NCBI GenBank assembly: GCA_964188305.1
Contig: OZ076887.1
DNA: 64,000 nt
Source: Podarcis bocagei
Taxonomy: Eukaryota
Direction: 5' to 3' (one strand)
Numbering within the stretch: position 1 is the stretch's first letter; every line of letters begins with the position of its first letter. Shown here in pieces: positions 38,345 to 52,983 of the stretch. The position numbers were made by a program, and so were the translations under genes. The notes under the pieces were generated by a model, which saw nothing but the letters and a program-made list of their open reading frames with translations, was not told the origin of the DNA and ran no database searches.

Positions 38345-38480
38345 GCAATCATTTTGAGGTAGACACTATTACCTCCATTTTGCAGATAAATATTTATTTA
38401 GCTCAAGCCAGTAAAGTTATAGTTAAGGTGAGATATGAACTGGAGACTTCCCAGACCATGTTCTCAGTAAATACACCAGC
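38345..38480 (-). mobile_element. MIR-like CORE-SINE fragment (ancient)
   Basis: GAGGTAGACACTATTACCTCCATTTTGCAGAT resembles the reverse-complemented CORE domain. Confidence 0.5.
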
Positions 38481-41400
38481 TCTAAGATAATTGTTGTTCA
38501 TATTTCTTTTACAAAAATAATGGATAATAAGAAAGTGTCTTGTTCTGGTGTGAGTGAACTAATTGGCTTATGAAATGTGCCAGGTTTTTCAAGTGATAAA
38601 TGATTTCTGTACTGATTTGTGGGTTTTGTTGCTGTTGTTAAAGATATATTGCCAAAGCAGTAAGATTTTTTATTTTATTTTAGAGTAAGCATTTAAAAGC
38701 CAATAGATTTCTTGAAATGGACCATCAGATGCTTTGATGTCCTGGGAATCAGCAATAAGATTGAAGATGTAAATTTGAATGGGAAAGATTTAATTAAGTG
38801 TGGACAAAGGATTTGGGTGTCTGTAGTTTCTTTGGACAAGGCTGTGATGAATCCTGAAGCATGGTGCAGAGTCTCATTAGCTGTGTGCCAATCACTTTCA
38901 ATCATCAGAAAAGGAGTTTGATGTGATTGCCTCCAGCAGAGCACAGAAGGTCAGCTTGGGCCAATACCCTCAGCTAACAGAAATATAGCAAGTCTAGAGA
39001 GTAGCATGACAGCTAGCTCCAATAATCCTGACTCCTGTGTCCAGATGAGTTGCTTCTTTGGGAGAAGCCTATTGTCGGCTGCTGCCAAAGGCACTTGCCA
39101 TTTAAACTCCTGCAGCGATTTGATTTGATTATCAGCTGACATTTCCATGATAGCCTACATGACTTAGCATTATTTAAGGGAAAGGTAAGGTTCAATTAGA
39201 CGGTTTAAAGGCAAGGACATGGTCTGTGAAGTTGTGTGTATCTAGTTCTGTTTCTCTGAATGCATCGCTGCTCTCTAAGCTTTAATGCAATTTCATTTAT
39301 TCCTGTATAGATGGGAGCAGAGTCCTACTTCGTGGTATACTAATGGGACTTGTCAGAACTGAGTGGTTTACTGTTTACTTCCTATGAGGTCAGCAATACT
39401 GACAGAGCAATCTTAAATAATTTATTTTACATTTATTTATGGGTTTTCTCAATGAAAAGCATCCCAGGGAAGTTTCTAAATAACTAATAAAACACAATTA
39501 ACATTGGAAGGTGGCGTCTTTCTTGATCCAAAGCCTCAGATGTGTATAGGTTTCCCCTGGCTAGCTGTGGGAGAGAATCCTATCAGATGCCCAAGTTTAG
39601 TTTTAAACTGACAATCTGCAGGAAGGTATATGTGCTCTTTTACACATATACAGAACAAATTTAGCACTGCAGGGGTGGTGGTAAGCTGTGGCTCCAATGA
39701 AGCTTCCCTGCAATGGATTTCTTGTTCTTCTTCTTAGGTGAAATACAATAGTTTTCTCCTAAAGTAAAATTTCATGCACCTAATGTATAACAATGTTGCT
39801 AGCTCTTCTAGTAATGCTCCTCAACATGTGATCATATACGTTGATTCCCAAACTGGATGTTATTAAATAACTTTTTTCTGTTTAAATGCCACTGTAGAGG
39901 GATTGGAAAAGCTAACTGCAGTGTGGAAAATAGTTTTCTGAATCTACTACTGGTTACGTTTTTCAACAGTAATCACAGAATCTCCCTAACTCTTTATCAG
40001 TAAACCACTTAGTTAATTACTTTAGTATTATCTTGCATCTTTGGAGTATGTATCCTTGGGGCTTGCTTCTAAGAATTTCTGTTCTGTATTTGTTGATCTC
40101 TTTTTGGTTGCTATAGCCCATGATTTATGTCTGTTTAGTGAGCAGATTCTGTAGAATGTCAAAACTAATTGTGCTGTGGACGAGAAGCAGCATTAGAATT
40201 GAACAACAAAAAGTCACTGCCTGATATTAACAGATGTTAAAAGCAATAGGCAAGCAACGTTATTTGCATTTTCTAAGTCAGAATATTAATCCCTCCAGAA
40301 GTATCAAAGATTTATTTAAGATTATGGGAACATTTTGTTAGAAGAGTCCTTTAGGACTTCCTTCTGCTTCTGATCAGAGCATGTAGCTGTCATATTGATC
40401 AACGTTGCATTTCCATGAGAATGAACATTATTGAAAGAATAAAAGTTTGGATAAACTTTGCTTGAAGGACTTGACCTTGAGTTCCAAAACCAACTATATT
40501 ATGCTTTTAAGTTTGTTTTTTTCTGGACACACTGATGGTTTACTTGAACTGATTTTTCATTTTAAAAATCTCCCCACTATTGTGACTAAAAGGGGAACAG
40601 TATCTGAGTATCCAGAGCACTCTTTTAAGAGCTGAACATTAGAATTGGTTCCGCCCACTCCTTGAAAATATTTCTGATGTGATATTGACAATGAAAGTTA
40701 GCTTTCAAATGCACAATTTTCATACGTACATGGATGGTTTGGCTCAACTATTTCTGAAAATGGGATTTTTAAAATATCATAACAACTGAAATTCAAGACC
40801 CTAAGTATCTCTCGTAACATCAGCTAGCACAGCACAGAGAAAGATAAACAGTACATGGACAGAATGCAGAACAGGGTTCTCCCATCATATGCCCAAACTA
40901 GCCTCAGATTGAGGAATGTGGCTTGTAGCAATATCTATAATACTAGCAATATCTACTAGTATCCTATTTTTGAGTCAATTCAAATCCACCCAGATGTTTG
41001 TGGATGTTGCACAATACCCCTTCTGTGAGTGGAGAGGCATGCTGCCACTTGGGGAGGCTTTAGCTTTTCCTAGTTGTGCTGAGTGGCCCCAGCTTTGCAG
41101 TAGTTGGTGGAAACCTACACCTAAAACTGCACCTAAAACAGGTGTAGACTGAAGAAGCCCAGTCCTGACTCAGTCCTGACTCTTCAGTGGCACTAATTTG
41201 TAGCTGGCATGCTGAAAAATCAAGAAGAGTAAGCAATTCCACCCTGAACTGCTGCTCTGATTTGTTGCTGTAAGTTTGTCAAATATTTTACACAAAGTAC
41301 TTGCTTGTATCAATTATTCTTAATCCTAATTTTTAAAAAGTGAGCTAATTTCCCAGCTGATGGTCTGGACACTGTGACTTTTATCTATCTGCCGCTTAGG

Positions 41401-44097
41401 TGGGCATTGCTTTTTCTGAAGCATGACTTTGCTGTGCCCTGTTTGAGTCCCAACATATGTTATTTTTACAATATTTGCTCCTAGTTTGACATACTGTAGC
41501 CACAGCTCTTACATAGAGGTGACCCATAAGGTCAGGGCTTCCAGGTGTTTATGGACTCCAAATCTTTGCAGCCCCTGCCAGCTTGGCTAATAACCAGGTT
41601 GAATGAACCAGGTTGTGGTTCAACAACATCCGGACAGCCATAGGTTCTTCACCCTTGAGTTAAGCAGTATACAACTGAGGAGTGATTAGTGGGAAGGGGA
41701 TCCACCACACACCTGGTTTCCCAGCAGTGGAGTTGCTGCTGCTCATCAGGAGGGAGAGGGGAACGGGCAACATGACAGTGAGGTAGGCACTATTTGGCAC
41801 ATCAGTGGGAGCACTGGTTTGGATCTGCTGAAGTGCCCATGCAGCATCAACCCCTACCACTACCTTGCCTTTCCCTCCCAAAAAAAGCTGGTGTGATTCC
41901 ACTGCCAGGAGACCATCTGTACAGTGGCATCTCTCTTCACTAGTCCTGGTACAATTTATGTTAAAATGGCGTGGAAACATACAAATTACATACCTACATC
42001 TTTCTGAAGCCATTGGCATTGTTTGGGAAATTTCAAGTTTGAAATTAGTCCTTGGAATAAAAGTGGTTAAAACACATATAACATAACTAATAGGAGATGC
42101 ATTTGCTGAATCTTTCCTTGATTAAGGAGCTAGATAGTCATAATAATAATAAATTGTACAATTTAACCTTTGTGTAAAGTGCTGATAAATGTATGTTGAT
42201 TGGGTAATTTATATTTGCCACTAATATATGCTTACTTAAATTTTACACTGGTATGAATATTTAGTGAACAATATTCCAATGAAAGCAGTTTTGTATACTC
42301 CTATAAATTACTTTTTGGTTCCTGTAAATTTTGTCTGATGTCATTATATGGATAATTTGTTCCTTAGTAAAGTAGTTTGTCAGGTTACGAAACATTAATC
42401 CTCCAATAGGTTTTTAATTAGTACAGATGAACTAAATAATTCATAGCACGACTTGGCCTGAAAACATTTATAATACTCAATTATACAATTTTACATGCAA
42501 TGACAAATTGTTTTTGTGTAGTGTGGAAACAGTGGGACTTAATTAATTACCTTCAAGGTTCTGGACATCTGCTGTGGACTCTTTAAATGCATTAGACTGG
42601 AAATTCAGAAGAGCTAAATATAGAGTTGAGACCCTCAGGACTGAGAGACGGGAAGAATGGTTCTAAGAATGAAATGTGTGTATGAAGGGGTGGAGAGTAA
42701 CAAAACAGCTAAGGAAAATAATACGTGCCCTGCTTTTCTCATCTGTTGCAAAAAAACAGAGGGTAGGAAAGGTCTAGCAACACTTAATGTAATTAGGAAA
42801 ATTATTGGTTTGAATGTTTTCAGCCAGCTGATACACATTCTGAGATCCATTAGTGTGCCTTGTTCACCAGGTCAATATGATTAACATACATGAATACTGA
42901 AAAAGAATGTCATGGAAGGAAAGAAAGAGGAAACTTAAAGAATAAGCAGGATTGCAATAGATACAAAGAAAGGGGAGGGGGGGCAAAATCGAGACTGTGG
43001 ACCAACAGAAGGATCCAGCTACGGTAATTAGAGAGAAAACCTACACATAGCCTTGTGATTTGTGCTGCTGGGATGTGATAGGATAAGGGGGCAGCCCAAA
43101 TATTAGCTCTTTCACCTGCACCAGTCTAGAACAGCTACAGTAAAAAGTAAAACAAAAGTTGTTCCCCATGTCTTCCACCCTGGCTAGCACAAGTGGCAGG
43201 ACTTCAGAAGCAGTGGTGGATCTGCTGTTCCATCCCATCGTTCCTGGCAAGGGTTTAGGATTCCTCTGAAAATGTACCATTCTAAAATGTGAGAAAAATC
43301 CATGCCATGATATCTGGTGACTTCCAGTCTGGGGATGCCACAATTCTGAGCCACTTTGCTAAACCCCCCTCACCTCTCCTTTTCTTCCCCAGCCCCAATT
43401 AAACGGAGCCATGCCAGCTTTGCCTATGGTAGCTCTTTCTGTCAGCCATGATAACTAAATGGAACATTTGGTGCCTTAAAATAGAAAATGCAGGGGAACA
43501 TTATGCATGTAAGATTTCCAAGGGCTTTCATGTTGTGAAAAATAATGCAGCTGCTTTAAAATGTGTAGTAGCCATCAGAAGAAAACATGAGCAGTATTTT
43601 TGTGGTGTGATTGCTTCAACTATTTCAAAAGTAATAAAGTCTCCCAGACAGTGTATGAGGTAGCAAAATTAGAGAAATATAAGGAAGATGATAAAAAGTG
43701 AAAGAAGATTCAGTCTACAGAAAAATGTGAAATGTAGCATTTCAGCAAAATTGAAAGAATCTGAACTACCACAAGTGTGCATAGAGCGTTGAATTATTGA
43801 TTTTTTTTCAGCAGCTGCTGATAGGTGTCCTGTGTTGAGGTGTATATCACCTTTTCCATGAAGACGGAATCAGAATTGCTTCTGGTACCATGGTTTATGT
43901 TAACAACATGTCATTCTTCATAGCTGTTTTCACAATGAAAAAGTATTAGGGGATTTTATATACGGTAACCTGCCACCTGAATCCTTTTATCAGGCTGACT
44001 TTATTGACATAAACTTACTAGCAAAGGTCATTATTTTAACTATTATGTGCCTCATTCTTTGAAAATGAAAGAGCATCAGAACTGAAAACAATATTTT

Positions 44098-44438
44098 CAT
44101 GGATTTGGATGAGATGGCAAAGTTGATGTGCTTAATTAGAGAAAAATCACTGTTGACATTTATTAATTATTGGAAACCCCTTATGAACTTTCTGCACAAC
44201 AAGGAAAATGAACTTGTGATATCAGGGTTCAAAGACTGATAAAAACGGTTGGTTTATGGAAAGTAGAAGAGTTGGTTTTATTATGAAGTCAGAATTTTAC
44301 ATAAGTTTGTAAAGCTGATAGAAAATTGCAGGTTATTTCCTTTCCTTTCTTTTCTTTTTATGTTAAAAATGCTTGATCATTATTTATGTATACTGTCTTT
44401 GTTTTTTCAAGCTTTAATTTTAAAAAATGGGGGAAAGA
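44098..44438 (+). mobile_element. 5'-truncated L1 (ORF2 C-terminus plus 3' UTR)
   Basis: Encodes MDLDEMAKLMCLIREKSLLTFINYWKPLMNFL...GFKD*; 18-bp TSD AACTGAAAACAATATTTT / AACTGTAAACAATATTTT (44080-44097, 44439-44456). Confidence 0.8.
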
Positions 44439-46157
44439 AACTGTAAACAATATTTTTGAGAGTAATGGAATATTATTTTAAATTTTATTCATGCTGAGAA
44501 AATATTAAAAACATGGTTCCAGGTGCTCCATAAATTAGATTTCCATTCGCAATGGTTGCTTATTTGGAATCTACTCCTGTTTATTTGGAACTGGTTCAAA
44601 AACTGCTGTTAGTTCAGTTACTGGACTGCTGGTAATGGAAATATGTAATCTGGTACTATTTCAATAATAACTTTCAATAATAAATAAATACTAGAATCTT
44701 AAAACTACCATGAGATGCTTCAGCCCTCCTATCATGAGACTTGCACAGCTTCCAAAGAGTGCAGAATTACCCCAACTAACATTGTGGGTGTACATTTCTA
44801 GTTCAAAGAAATGCAGATTGCTTGTGTCCCATAGTATCCTTTCTTTCAAACTCTGTGTTCCTGAAATATATATTGTGTTCAAAATATATCAGCAGTTAAT
44901 GGTAGCCAGGTGGCAAGCCTTGAGATAAATACAAGGGTAATACATACGGTACTGCCACTACTGGAGTTTGGAATGCGGGGATTTGCAATGGCAAAATGAA
45001 GGGTTCACCCTACAAACACACACACACAGTGCCAAGGTCACAAATTTACCAGAATCCAGTCCCAGTTCCAAAGGCTTTCTGCCAGTCATTTATCATCACT
45101 AACTTCCCCCAACTACTTTCCCATATCAAACCCTTCCAAGGGATAGGAGCCAACAACTCTTGCTTCTAAAAAGTATTAAGTCTTTTTTGGAAATGGGGAT
45201 GATGAAGAGTTCCCATGGATGTACTCTCCTTCCCCTGCCCTATGATTCTTAGGTTTCTTGGAGAACTGTTGTAAAAAATAGTTTTGCTGAAAAACCTCCC
45301 AAGATAGTTTGGGGGGGGGGACTTTAAAAATCTGTTTCTCCCAGTTTTTGTGTGTGTGTGTTTGTGAGTAGCCATCAAGCCACCTATCACTGCTACCTAA
45401 TGGCTAGTTTCACAGAGGAAATTTCTAGTTTATACTCCAACAGCTTTATCACATAGAAATATTATGTTGGCAATAAGTTTAATTTGTTTCACTAGATTTA
45501 GACATGAAGAAAACAAAGGCATTCAAAAAGCACATATATAATGAAAATATAAAGCAAAATATCTACTATGAATTATTACCATGGGAGAGAGATGAAGGAA
45601 TTATGCCAGGGAAATATTACCAGAGTGAGTGCAGTTAAGGTTCATTAAAATCACCATCTCCGAAGATTAGCTATAGGTGTATTTCTCAGTCTTATCTATA
45701 TCAGGAATAGCCAACAATCTCCTGGTGTTGTTGGACTACAACTCCATTTCAGCCCCAGCCAGCATGGCACATGGTCAGGGATGAAGAGCATTGTAGGTCA
45801 GCAAAATCTGTCGGGCACAGGGTTGGCTGATCTGTATACAAAACATTAGCCAATATCTCATTCCATTTTCCTTAACCGCCAGTGTGACTAAATGTGAAAA
45901 TGCATTGGGTCAGCTTTATGTTCAATGGCTCAACCCAGCAGGGTGAGGAAGCAGACTTAACTCCAACACCAACTTTCAAAAACAACAACCGCTCTTTGTT
46001 TTATTTCATATATTGTTTTGTTCCATAGAGCTATTCAATCCTATGGAGTAAAGTGCATTAGGAGGGAAAACTTTAAATGAGGACAAAACTTGCCCTCCAC
46101 CAATGACACTGATGGTCACTGGTAGGGATCCTGTAGGCCACCCAATATTTCTTACAG

Positions 46158-46189
<32 letters not shown>
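46158..46189. repeat. (GATT)n microsatellite
   Basis: Read directly. Confidence 0.9.
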
Positions 46190-48280
46190 TATATTAAATT
46201 TATATAGATGCCCTTCTATCAAACATGTACCATGCATCATAATGAAGGGAATTTTGCAGGTGCTTTTATGAGAGACATTTTTGGCACAGTTTAGAACTGG
46301 AACCTAGATCAAGGTCCCACGCCTTTATCCATACCAGCACCACATATTTCTCTTGCTTCTAATCTTCTTTTTCCCTTCATCCATTTTTTCTGCTGGTTTC
46401 CATATATTTCTTTTACATTTACTCACAGTATTGAGATGTAGCATAGAAATAAAAACCAAGTGACTAAAATAGATAAGGCCAACTAAAAACCATTCAGCAC
46501 AGAAACATTAAAATAGCTGATTATAACGTTCAAACTCTACTGTATTGAATCTGCCTTATGATGTTAGAGCTGTGAGAATTTGTTCAGCAATTGAAATCTT
46601 TGGGAGCAAGTCAGCTCTAAAGTGTCTGAGGTGAATAGACTTGAACTCCATTGAATGACCCCTAATGGGTTGAATTTCTCTCCTGATGATAATTACACTA
46701 GCTAACCTCTTCTGTGTGGATGACATTTTCCAGGGTAATTCTTTCCATTGGGAAAACACTTACTGTTCTACTATTTTATTTTGAGTATGATAAATTAGAA
46801 GCTGTCTTCAAAATGTTACTCTGTTTCTCTTGTTATATATCTTCATATTCTCCAGTGGTCACTGAATTGAAAAAAATAATAATAGCCACCCATTTCCAGC
46901 ATGGTTTAATAACAACTACCTTTTATCTTATTTTCCAAATCACTGATTAGATAAATATAGCAATACAGCACAAGACAGACACTAAGTTTAAAGTAAAATG
47001 AGATATTATATTACTGAAACAAGCTGATCTTCTGTAATTCCAAAAGTCACCTGTGGAAATGCTTACTAAGCAATATACAGTAAGTTGCTACTGCTGATCT
47101 CAATGCAATTGATTGCTTTACTTTCAATCTTTCCTTTCCTTTAAGGTACAGATAAATGTCTATTGTGGTTAGAATTCTTCCTCAAAGATGAGCAAAGGAC
47201 AGTCTCTCTGAATTTTTTCCATTTTCATGGAAGTTTTGTTATACTCTCCCAATAAGGATGCATCAGATGTGCCCTGTGGCATAAAACAATAGAGTAATGC
47301 ACTTTGCTATCAGATAACTTATGTGTATATACAGGTGAAAGTGGCATACAATAACATTATTGCATTATTTGGCTCTTTTAGGCAACTTTGATGCCTGTCA
47401 TTAGAATTGTATTTATAACAACTTCCAATTTCATTGCCTCAAATGTTTTGCAAATTTGCTTCTGTGTAGTAATGTGTGCTCTGGATTTTGTAGCTATGTA
47501 TATGGCTAAAAAGCTGTGCCAAAAGGCACAAAAGTGTCTGTGGCATTTTGTTCAGCTGCAGAGGTTATTATGACAACAAGCTTTTCAATGAGCAAGATTA
47601 ACTAGTTGATTGTGAATGAAGGGGGAGCAAAGAGAGCTGCACCCAAATGTGAAATGAACAAAGGCCTTTATTGCAAATGCACAAGCATCTGTATAGTTTG
47701 GCAGGGACGGCTTGTGATATAGTGCATTGTGGATTTTTGTTAGGACAAGGTTGTTCTCCTTGCACTCATTGGATTTATAGGACACTGCTGTCCCCTTATC
47801 CTTGACTTTATGTGGAACAGCAGTCTTTCTCTTTGAGAGTTTTGTCTAGAACTGTACAAGAATTGTATCACTCTGTACAATTGTAAAATAGTGGCTGCAC
47901 CTGAAGGATCTGGGTCTAGAGTGCTTGAGATGGGTACTGGTTCTCTGATCAACCCCCTAGCTAGAGCAAAGCAGGTATGTCATCATCTCTCTTTTTTATG
48001 TATTTGTTTTATTTAAAGGTGTGATATAAATATTTTAATAAAAAAATCAAGGCAAGAAATAATCTCTTCATAAAATAATGTTTCAACACAATACAATAAA
48101 ATAAGCACACTTTGAAGTTACAATATGTCCAAAACTGTTACAGATGCCCAACATTTTGTTGCTGCTAAATCCACTGCTCCTGCTGATCCTCTCTGCTGAG
48201 TCTTCTCTTTGCAACCTTTCACTGCTATTACCCAGATGCAGTTTTAGGATAGCACAACCAGTTCAGCCTCACTAGGTGCC

Positions 48281-48299
48281 GGCGCTACAGGGGGCACTG
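48281..48299 (+). promoter_or_regulatory. Candidate CTCF site
   Basis: GGCGCTACAGGGGGCACTG resembles CCASYAGRKGGCRS; local CpG retention. Confidence 0.4.
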
Positions 48300-49310
48300 C
48301 AACAATGATGTCGAACGGAGCAAGAAAGGAGGAGGACACCTAATTTTAGTGTCACACATGAAATGTGAAAGTCCAACATCCACCCTGTACTACCTCCTCA
48401 GTAAAAGCTGGAAACTTAATGGCCAGGTTGTTGGCCATTCCTCTTATTTGGCTTGCTGTACAGAGCAGAGCAGTATAGTTTTCATTCATCTCCAACTACT
48501 TGATTCTTCTCACTCCGAACTAATACCTTGTGACCTTGACACCTTCTCCTGATTTCATGAAGAGACAACAAGAAAGTGGAAGCTTACCATCTCCTTCAAT
48601 GAAGGAGGTGGTAGCACATGAGCCCTAGGCTCACATCAGTGTGTTCCCATGAACTGGACCACAATGATGGCACATTTAAAAGTATTGGCATTTTTTCCAA
48701 GCCATGACCTGGCATGTGCTGTGTTAGTCACTTGTACTTATAAAATGGTGGCAACAAGAAGTGGTAGCTTTAAATACTTACATTTTAGAAGCACACTCAG
48801 ACCTCTTCATCCCAGTAATGGGGATTACAATTCAACACTTGTAGGGTTCCTTGTAGTTCCCACTACATAACAGGCACTCCATATAGTATAGTATTCATAG
48901 TATTGATTTGAAATATCTCCAGGGTATAGGGAAAACTTGTTTGTTGGTTGTATCAAATAACTTCCATAATCAGAACATTTTCTTCAATCTATAAATGACC
49001 TTTTCTTGTATTTATCATCAGGTTATGTTTCCAACAGAGATTTTGTTATGGAGTGAAAACCATGTATTACAAGTGAATTATCTTCAGTTTTGTGCTATAA
49101 AGCTCTTCTTACAGATGCTTTATCTACTTGGCCCAGCATTTCTACTTACATATTGTCTGACACAGTCATCTTAGACAAGGCTTCATCAACTCTCCAGGTG
49201 ATATTGAACACCAACTCCCATCTGCATGGCCAATGGTCAGAGATGATGGGAGTTATCATCCCTGAAGGACATATCTGGAGAGTACCACATTGGGGAAGGT
49301 TGTCTTAGAT

Positions 49311-49441
49311 CAGGCATGGCCAAACTTGGTCCTCCAGCTGTTTCTACAATTCCCATCATCCCTGACCACTGGTTCTGTTAGCTAGGGATGATGGAAGTTG
49401 TAGTCCCAAAACATCTGGAGGGCCAAGTTTGGCCACGCCTG
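49311..49441. mobile_element. Short palindromic hAT MITE
   Basis: TIRs CAGGCATGGCCAAACTTGG / CCAAGTTTGGCCACGCCTG; TSD TCTTAGAT / CCTTAGAT. Confidence 0.85.
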
Positions 49442-51040
49442 CCTTAGATCTTCATTCTGTACAGCTTGCTTGTAGATTAATGTCAAACCTAAATTCTGAA
49501 CATAAAAAATGGGCAAGTAATTGTGCTAATTAAATGTTCGTCCATGAAATTTAAGACTGTCAGACTGTCCATTCTATATATAATGTACAGATACCAGATT
49601 ACACATGGAAACCAATATTTGTGCACACCAGAAGTTTTAAGGATCAATGCCACCCTGAAGTGGGGAGGTACTTGTATAAGGTGCAAATGGAGACTTGCTG
49701 TATTATTTAGAGCCCTGATTTTCCAGGATTTTGAAATGCTTAGGGAGCCTATGCAATTAGAATAGGCTCCCCACTTCAGACAGTCGCCCTCCACAAGTGG
49801 GAGGGTGATGTGACTGATGCTGTGGGTGGAGCTTGCACATTTATTCCTGCAGCCCCTCCGTATAGTGTTTACTTAACACTAAATATACACATCTGAAGAG
49901 GACTATTGTGAACCATCTTAGATAACAGAGGCAGTAAATGTACACCTCTGTGCAATGCAGTATGATTACACACTCTACTTTTGTAATATAGTGGTTAATT
50001 TTTTTTAATATAATATCTGCACAATAATCTCTCCAAACAGAATTGCTACAAAATCCTAACGAGTTCAATGGGAGCATTAAGCAAATGAATAACCATCTCC
50101 AGTTGAAATCAATTACACTTAAAAGTGCTTAACTTTTAAGTTAATTATAATTATAATTTTATGCTAAATATGTCTGACCTTAAAAAATATTTTGGTTTTC
50201 TCATTTGCCTTTTAGCAGACTTTTTTTACAAAATCCTGCCAGGACAAAACAATTTCCCTCAAGTAATTACATAACTGAACAGTCTCACGACCTTAGGTTA
50301 GTTTCCATGGATCATTCACAAACTAGGAATGGAATGATTGATGGATTGATGGAACGTCTGTCAGACAGGAAAAAATCCATACCCAATGATGCATTCTAAA
50401 ATACATATTATAGCCTGGATTATCCTTATGTGGCAGACTTTTTTTTTTTTTTTTTTGGAGTAGCTAGCAAAGTGCTTTAGTAAGAGAGTGGATGCTTAAT
50501 AAAAAGGGAGAAATACGTTTTATATTTCATCTTGGATCTTTAAATTAGTTCCATTTTGCTTATGGAGTTCGTTGGCCATTCATAGTCTAGCCATGTTTTT
50601 GTAACATGATAAAATATGAAAAAAATGATAAACACCCTTCAGAGATTACTCATTGTATTCCAATGTCTCCTGTCAATAGGGTGTTGTAGCACAAACTTAA
50701 ACATAAGTGTATGTGCTTCTGTGAGTTTAAGATGTTGCACTGAAACCCACAAAAGAATAATACTGATATTTAATTATAGATACATACCCTTCTACCAATG
50801 TAAGTGGGACATAAAATATATTTACAGTACTAATAGACTGGATAGATAATAACTCTTCCTGCCATAGTTAAGTATGTCACATAAAACTCTGCCCCTTTAC
50901 AAGATAAATACAAATAAATAATTTCCCATGATGAAAATATATGCTCCAGAATCTATGCCTTAAATGCATACTTATCTGTCAAGGTTTAGGTTGCATTGAC
51001 TCTCAGGTTATTCCTGAGTCTCCATACTAGGGATGGAAAA

Positions 51041-51172
51041 TAGCCAGTATGGTGTAGTGGTTGGAGTGTTGTACTAGGACCTGGGTGACCAGGGTTTGAA
51101 TCCCCACTCAGCCATGAAGTTTATAAGATGTCCTGAGCGGGTATAGAGTAGTGTACAAATAATAATAATACT
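51041..51172 (+). mobile_element. tRNA-derived SINE (MIR/Squam3-like), internally deleted
   Basis: A box TGGTGTAGTGG, B box GGTTTGAATCC, (AAT)n tail. Confidence 0.65.
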
Positions 51173-52757
51173 GTAATAATAATGTTCAAAAATGGAATTG
51201 CATGAACTACACTTCATGTACAATTCTATTTATCTACCTTTTAATTTTGCAGTGCTGTGTCTTTTGAAATAGTATTTTTTAAATAGTTTTGTTGTGTTTT
51301 GTAGTTTTATATGTTTAATTTTTTCTGTAGGTTTGTGAGGGCAAAGAGCCCTGAAAGGCTAGATAGAAATGTGTTAAATATAGTAAAATTGTGACTTCAA
51401 TCCTCGTCTCAAAAACATGAGTCCCAGTATATTACTTTTCAACTCTATAACGGCCAGGATATGAACTGTGACTTTCATTAAAAACTTATATATTATGAAA
51501 TACCATGATATAATTGCAGGTTCTGACAGAACTGAAAAAACAGAGGAAGATATGTTGCTGCATGTATTCTGATCTGTATTCAATTACACATTATGCTATG
51601 CCTTCATGCACACCAAAATATGCTAGAGTTTCGGCTGTGTGATTAGCATTACATTATTATTCATGGTGCATAGACTATTGGCTGCATACTGAAGGAACAT
51701 GCATCTTTAATACACATGTATTTAAAAGACAAGAAATAGCCTCTCTACCAAAAAGGAATAATTGGTTCAATTTCCCAAATGCAAACAAATAAAAATGAAA
51801 ACATGCATTTTAGTGTAGATATCCAGTACTGGTTAGCTCTTCTAATACCAATGAAACATCATTTCACTTTGTACACTTTCTTCCCTATAAATATTGTGAC
51901 AAAAAATATATCTGTGTGGTAGGGATGTCTCTAAGGAAATATCACTGACCATGGTAATCATACTTAATTCCTCCTAGGAGTAAGGTTGCTTTTGAGAAAC
52001 ATCTTGAACGTAACAATTTCAGATCTGGGTTTTTTGCTTGTTTGTTTGCTTGCTTGCTTGCTTGCTTTATTCTACTTGTGCATGTTTTAGGACTACATTT
52101 CTTTCTTTAACAAATTTATCAAGTGTAAAAATAAAAATTACACTTCCTCAGTCATTCCCTTCCCCACCCCACAATTCTTATATGTGCCCTTGTGCAATTC
52201 TTCAGAGCAGTGGTTCAGTGACAATATTTTTATTCCAAAGTAGTGTGTGTGTTTTTAATCTCCCTTATGGCTTCAACCCCACAGAATAGAGTTCAGTGTT
52301 TAGTGGCATTCCGCATCAGTGCTTCCTTCATTTGGGGCACTGAAATTGATTTTCCCCATCTGGGAATGTGAAAACTTGGTATTCTTCCTGTACAAACACC
52401 TGCAAGTAGTAGCATACTAAACACAGCAGTAGGGGTAGCGAAGGCAGATGCTTTGGGACTTCAGGAGTAGTGCTGTCAGCATGAGCAGTATGTGCAGAAT
52501 CATCTGATCCATATGTTGGCTTCAGGAGGCCAAGCATGTATTGTGTGCAGTGAGCTGTGAGACATCATGCACCTTTGGTGATGAATACTTTAAAGTAACA
52601 AATTCTGTATCCAGATTGGCACTGTGCCTTTAAGCCATAAAATGACAAAAAGACTTGTGGGACAGTATGTGAAAGAAACCCACGCTTAACTATTCAGGAA
52701 TGTGAGATTATTTTTCCACTCCAAAAGCTAGGTACAAGACGTTTGTTGTTTTAACTA

Positions 52758-52983
52758 CAGTGGTACCTCAGGTTAAGAACTTAATTCATTCCGGAGGTCT
52801 GTTCTTAACCTGAAACTGTTCTTAACCTGAAGCACCACTTTAGCTGCCGCTGCACCACTGGAGCACAATTTCTGTTCTCATCCTGAAGCAAAGTTCTTAA
52901 CCCAAGGTACTATTTCTGGGTTAGCGGAGTCTGTAACCTGAAGCGTCTGTAACCTGAAGCGTATGTAACCCGAGGTACCACTG
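52758..52983 (-). mobile_element. Tc1/mariner MITE family A
   Basis: TA-CAGTGGTACCTC...GAGGTACCACTG-TA, reverse orientation. Confidence 0.92.

Noticed and set aside
51041-51115. tRNA-like A/B boxes (also at 18974 and 32800-32870)
   Set aside because: SINE heads with no complete cloverleaf; not tRNA genes
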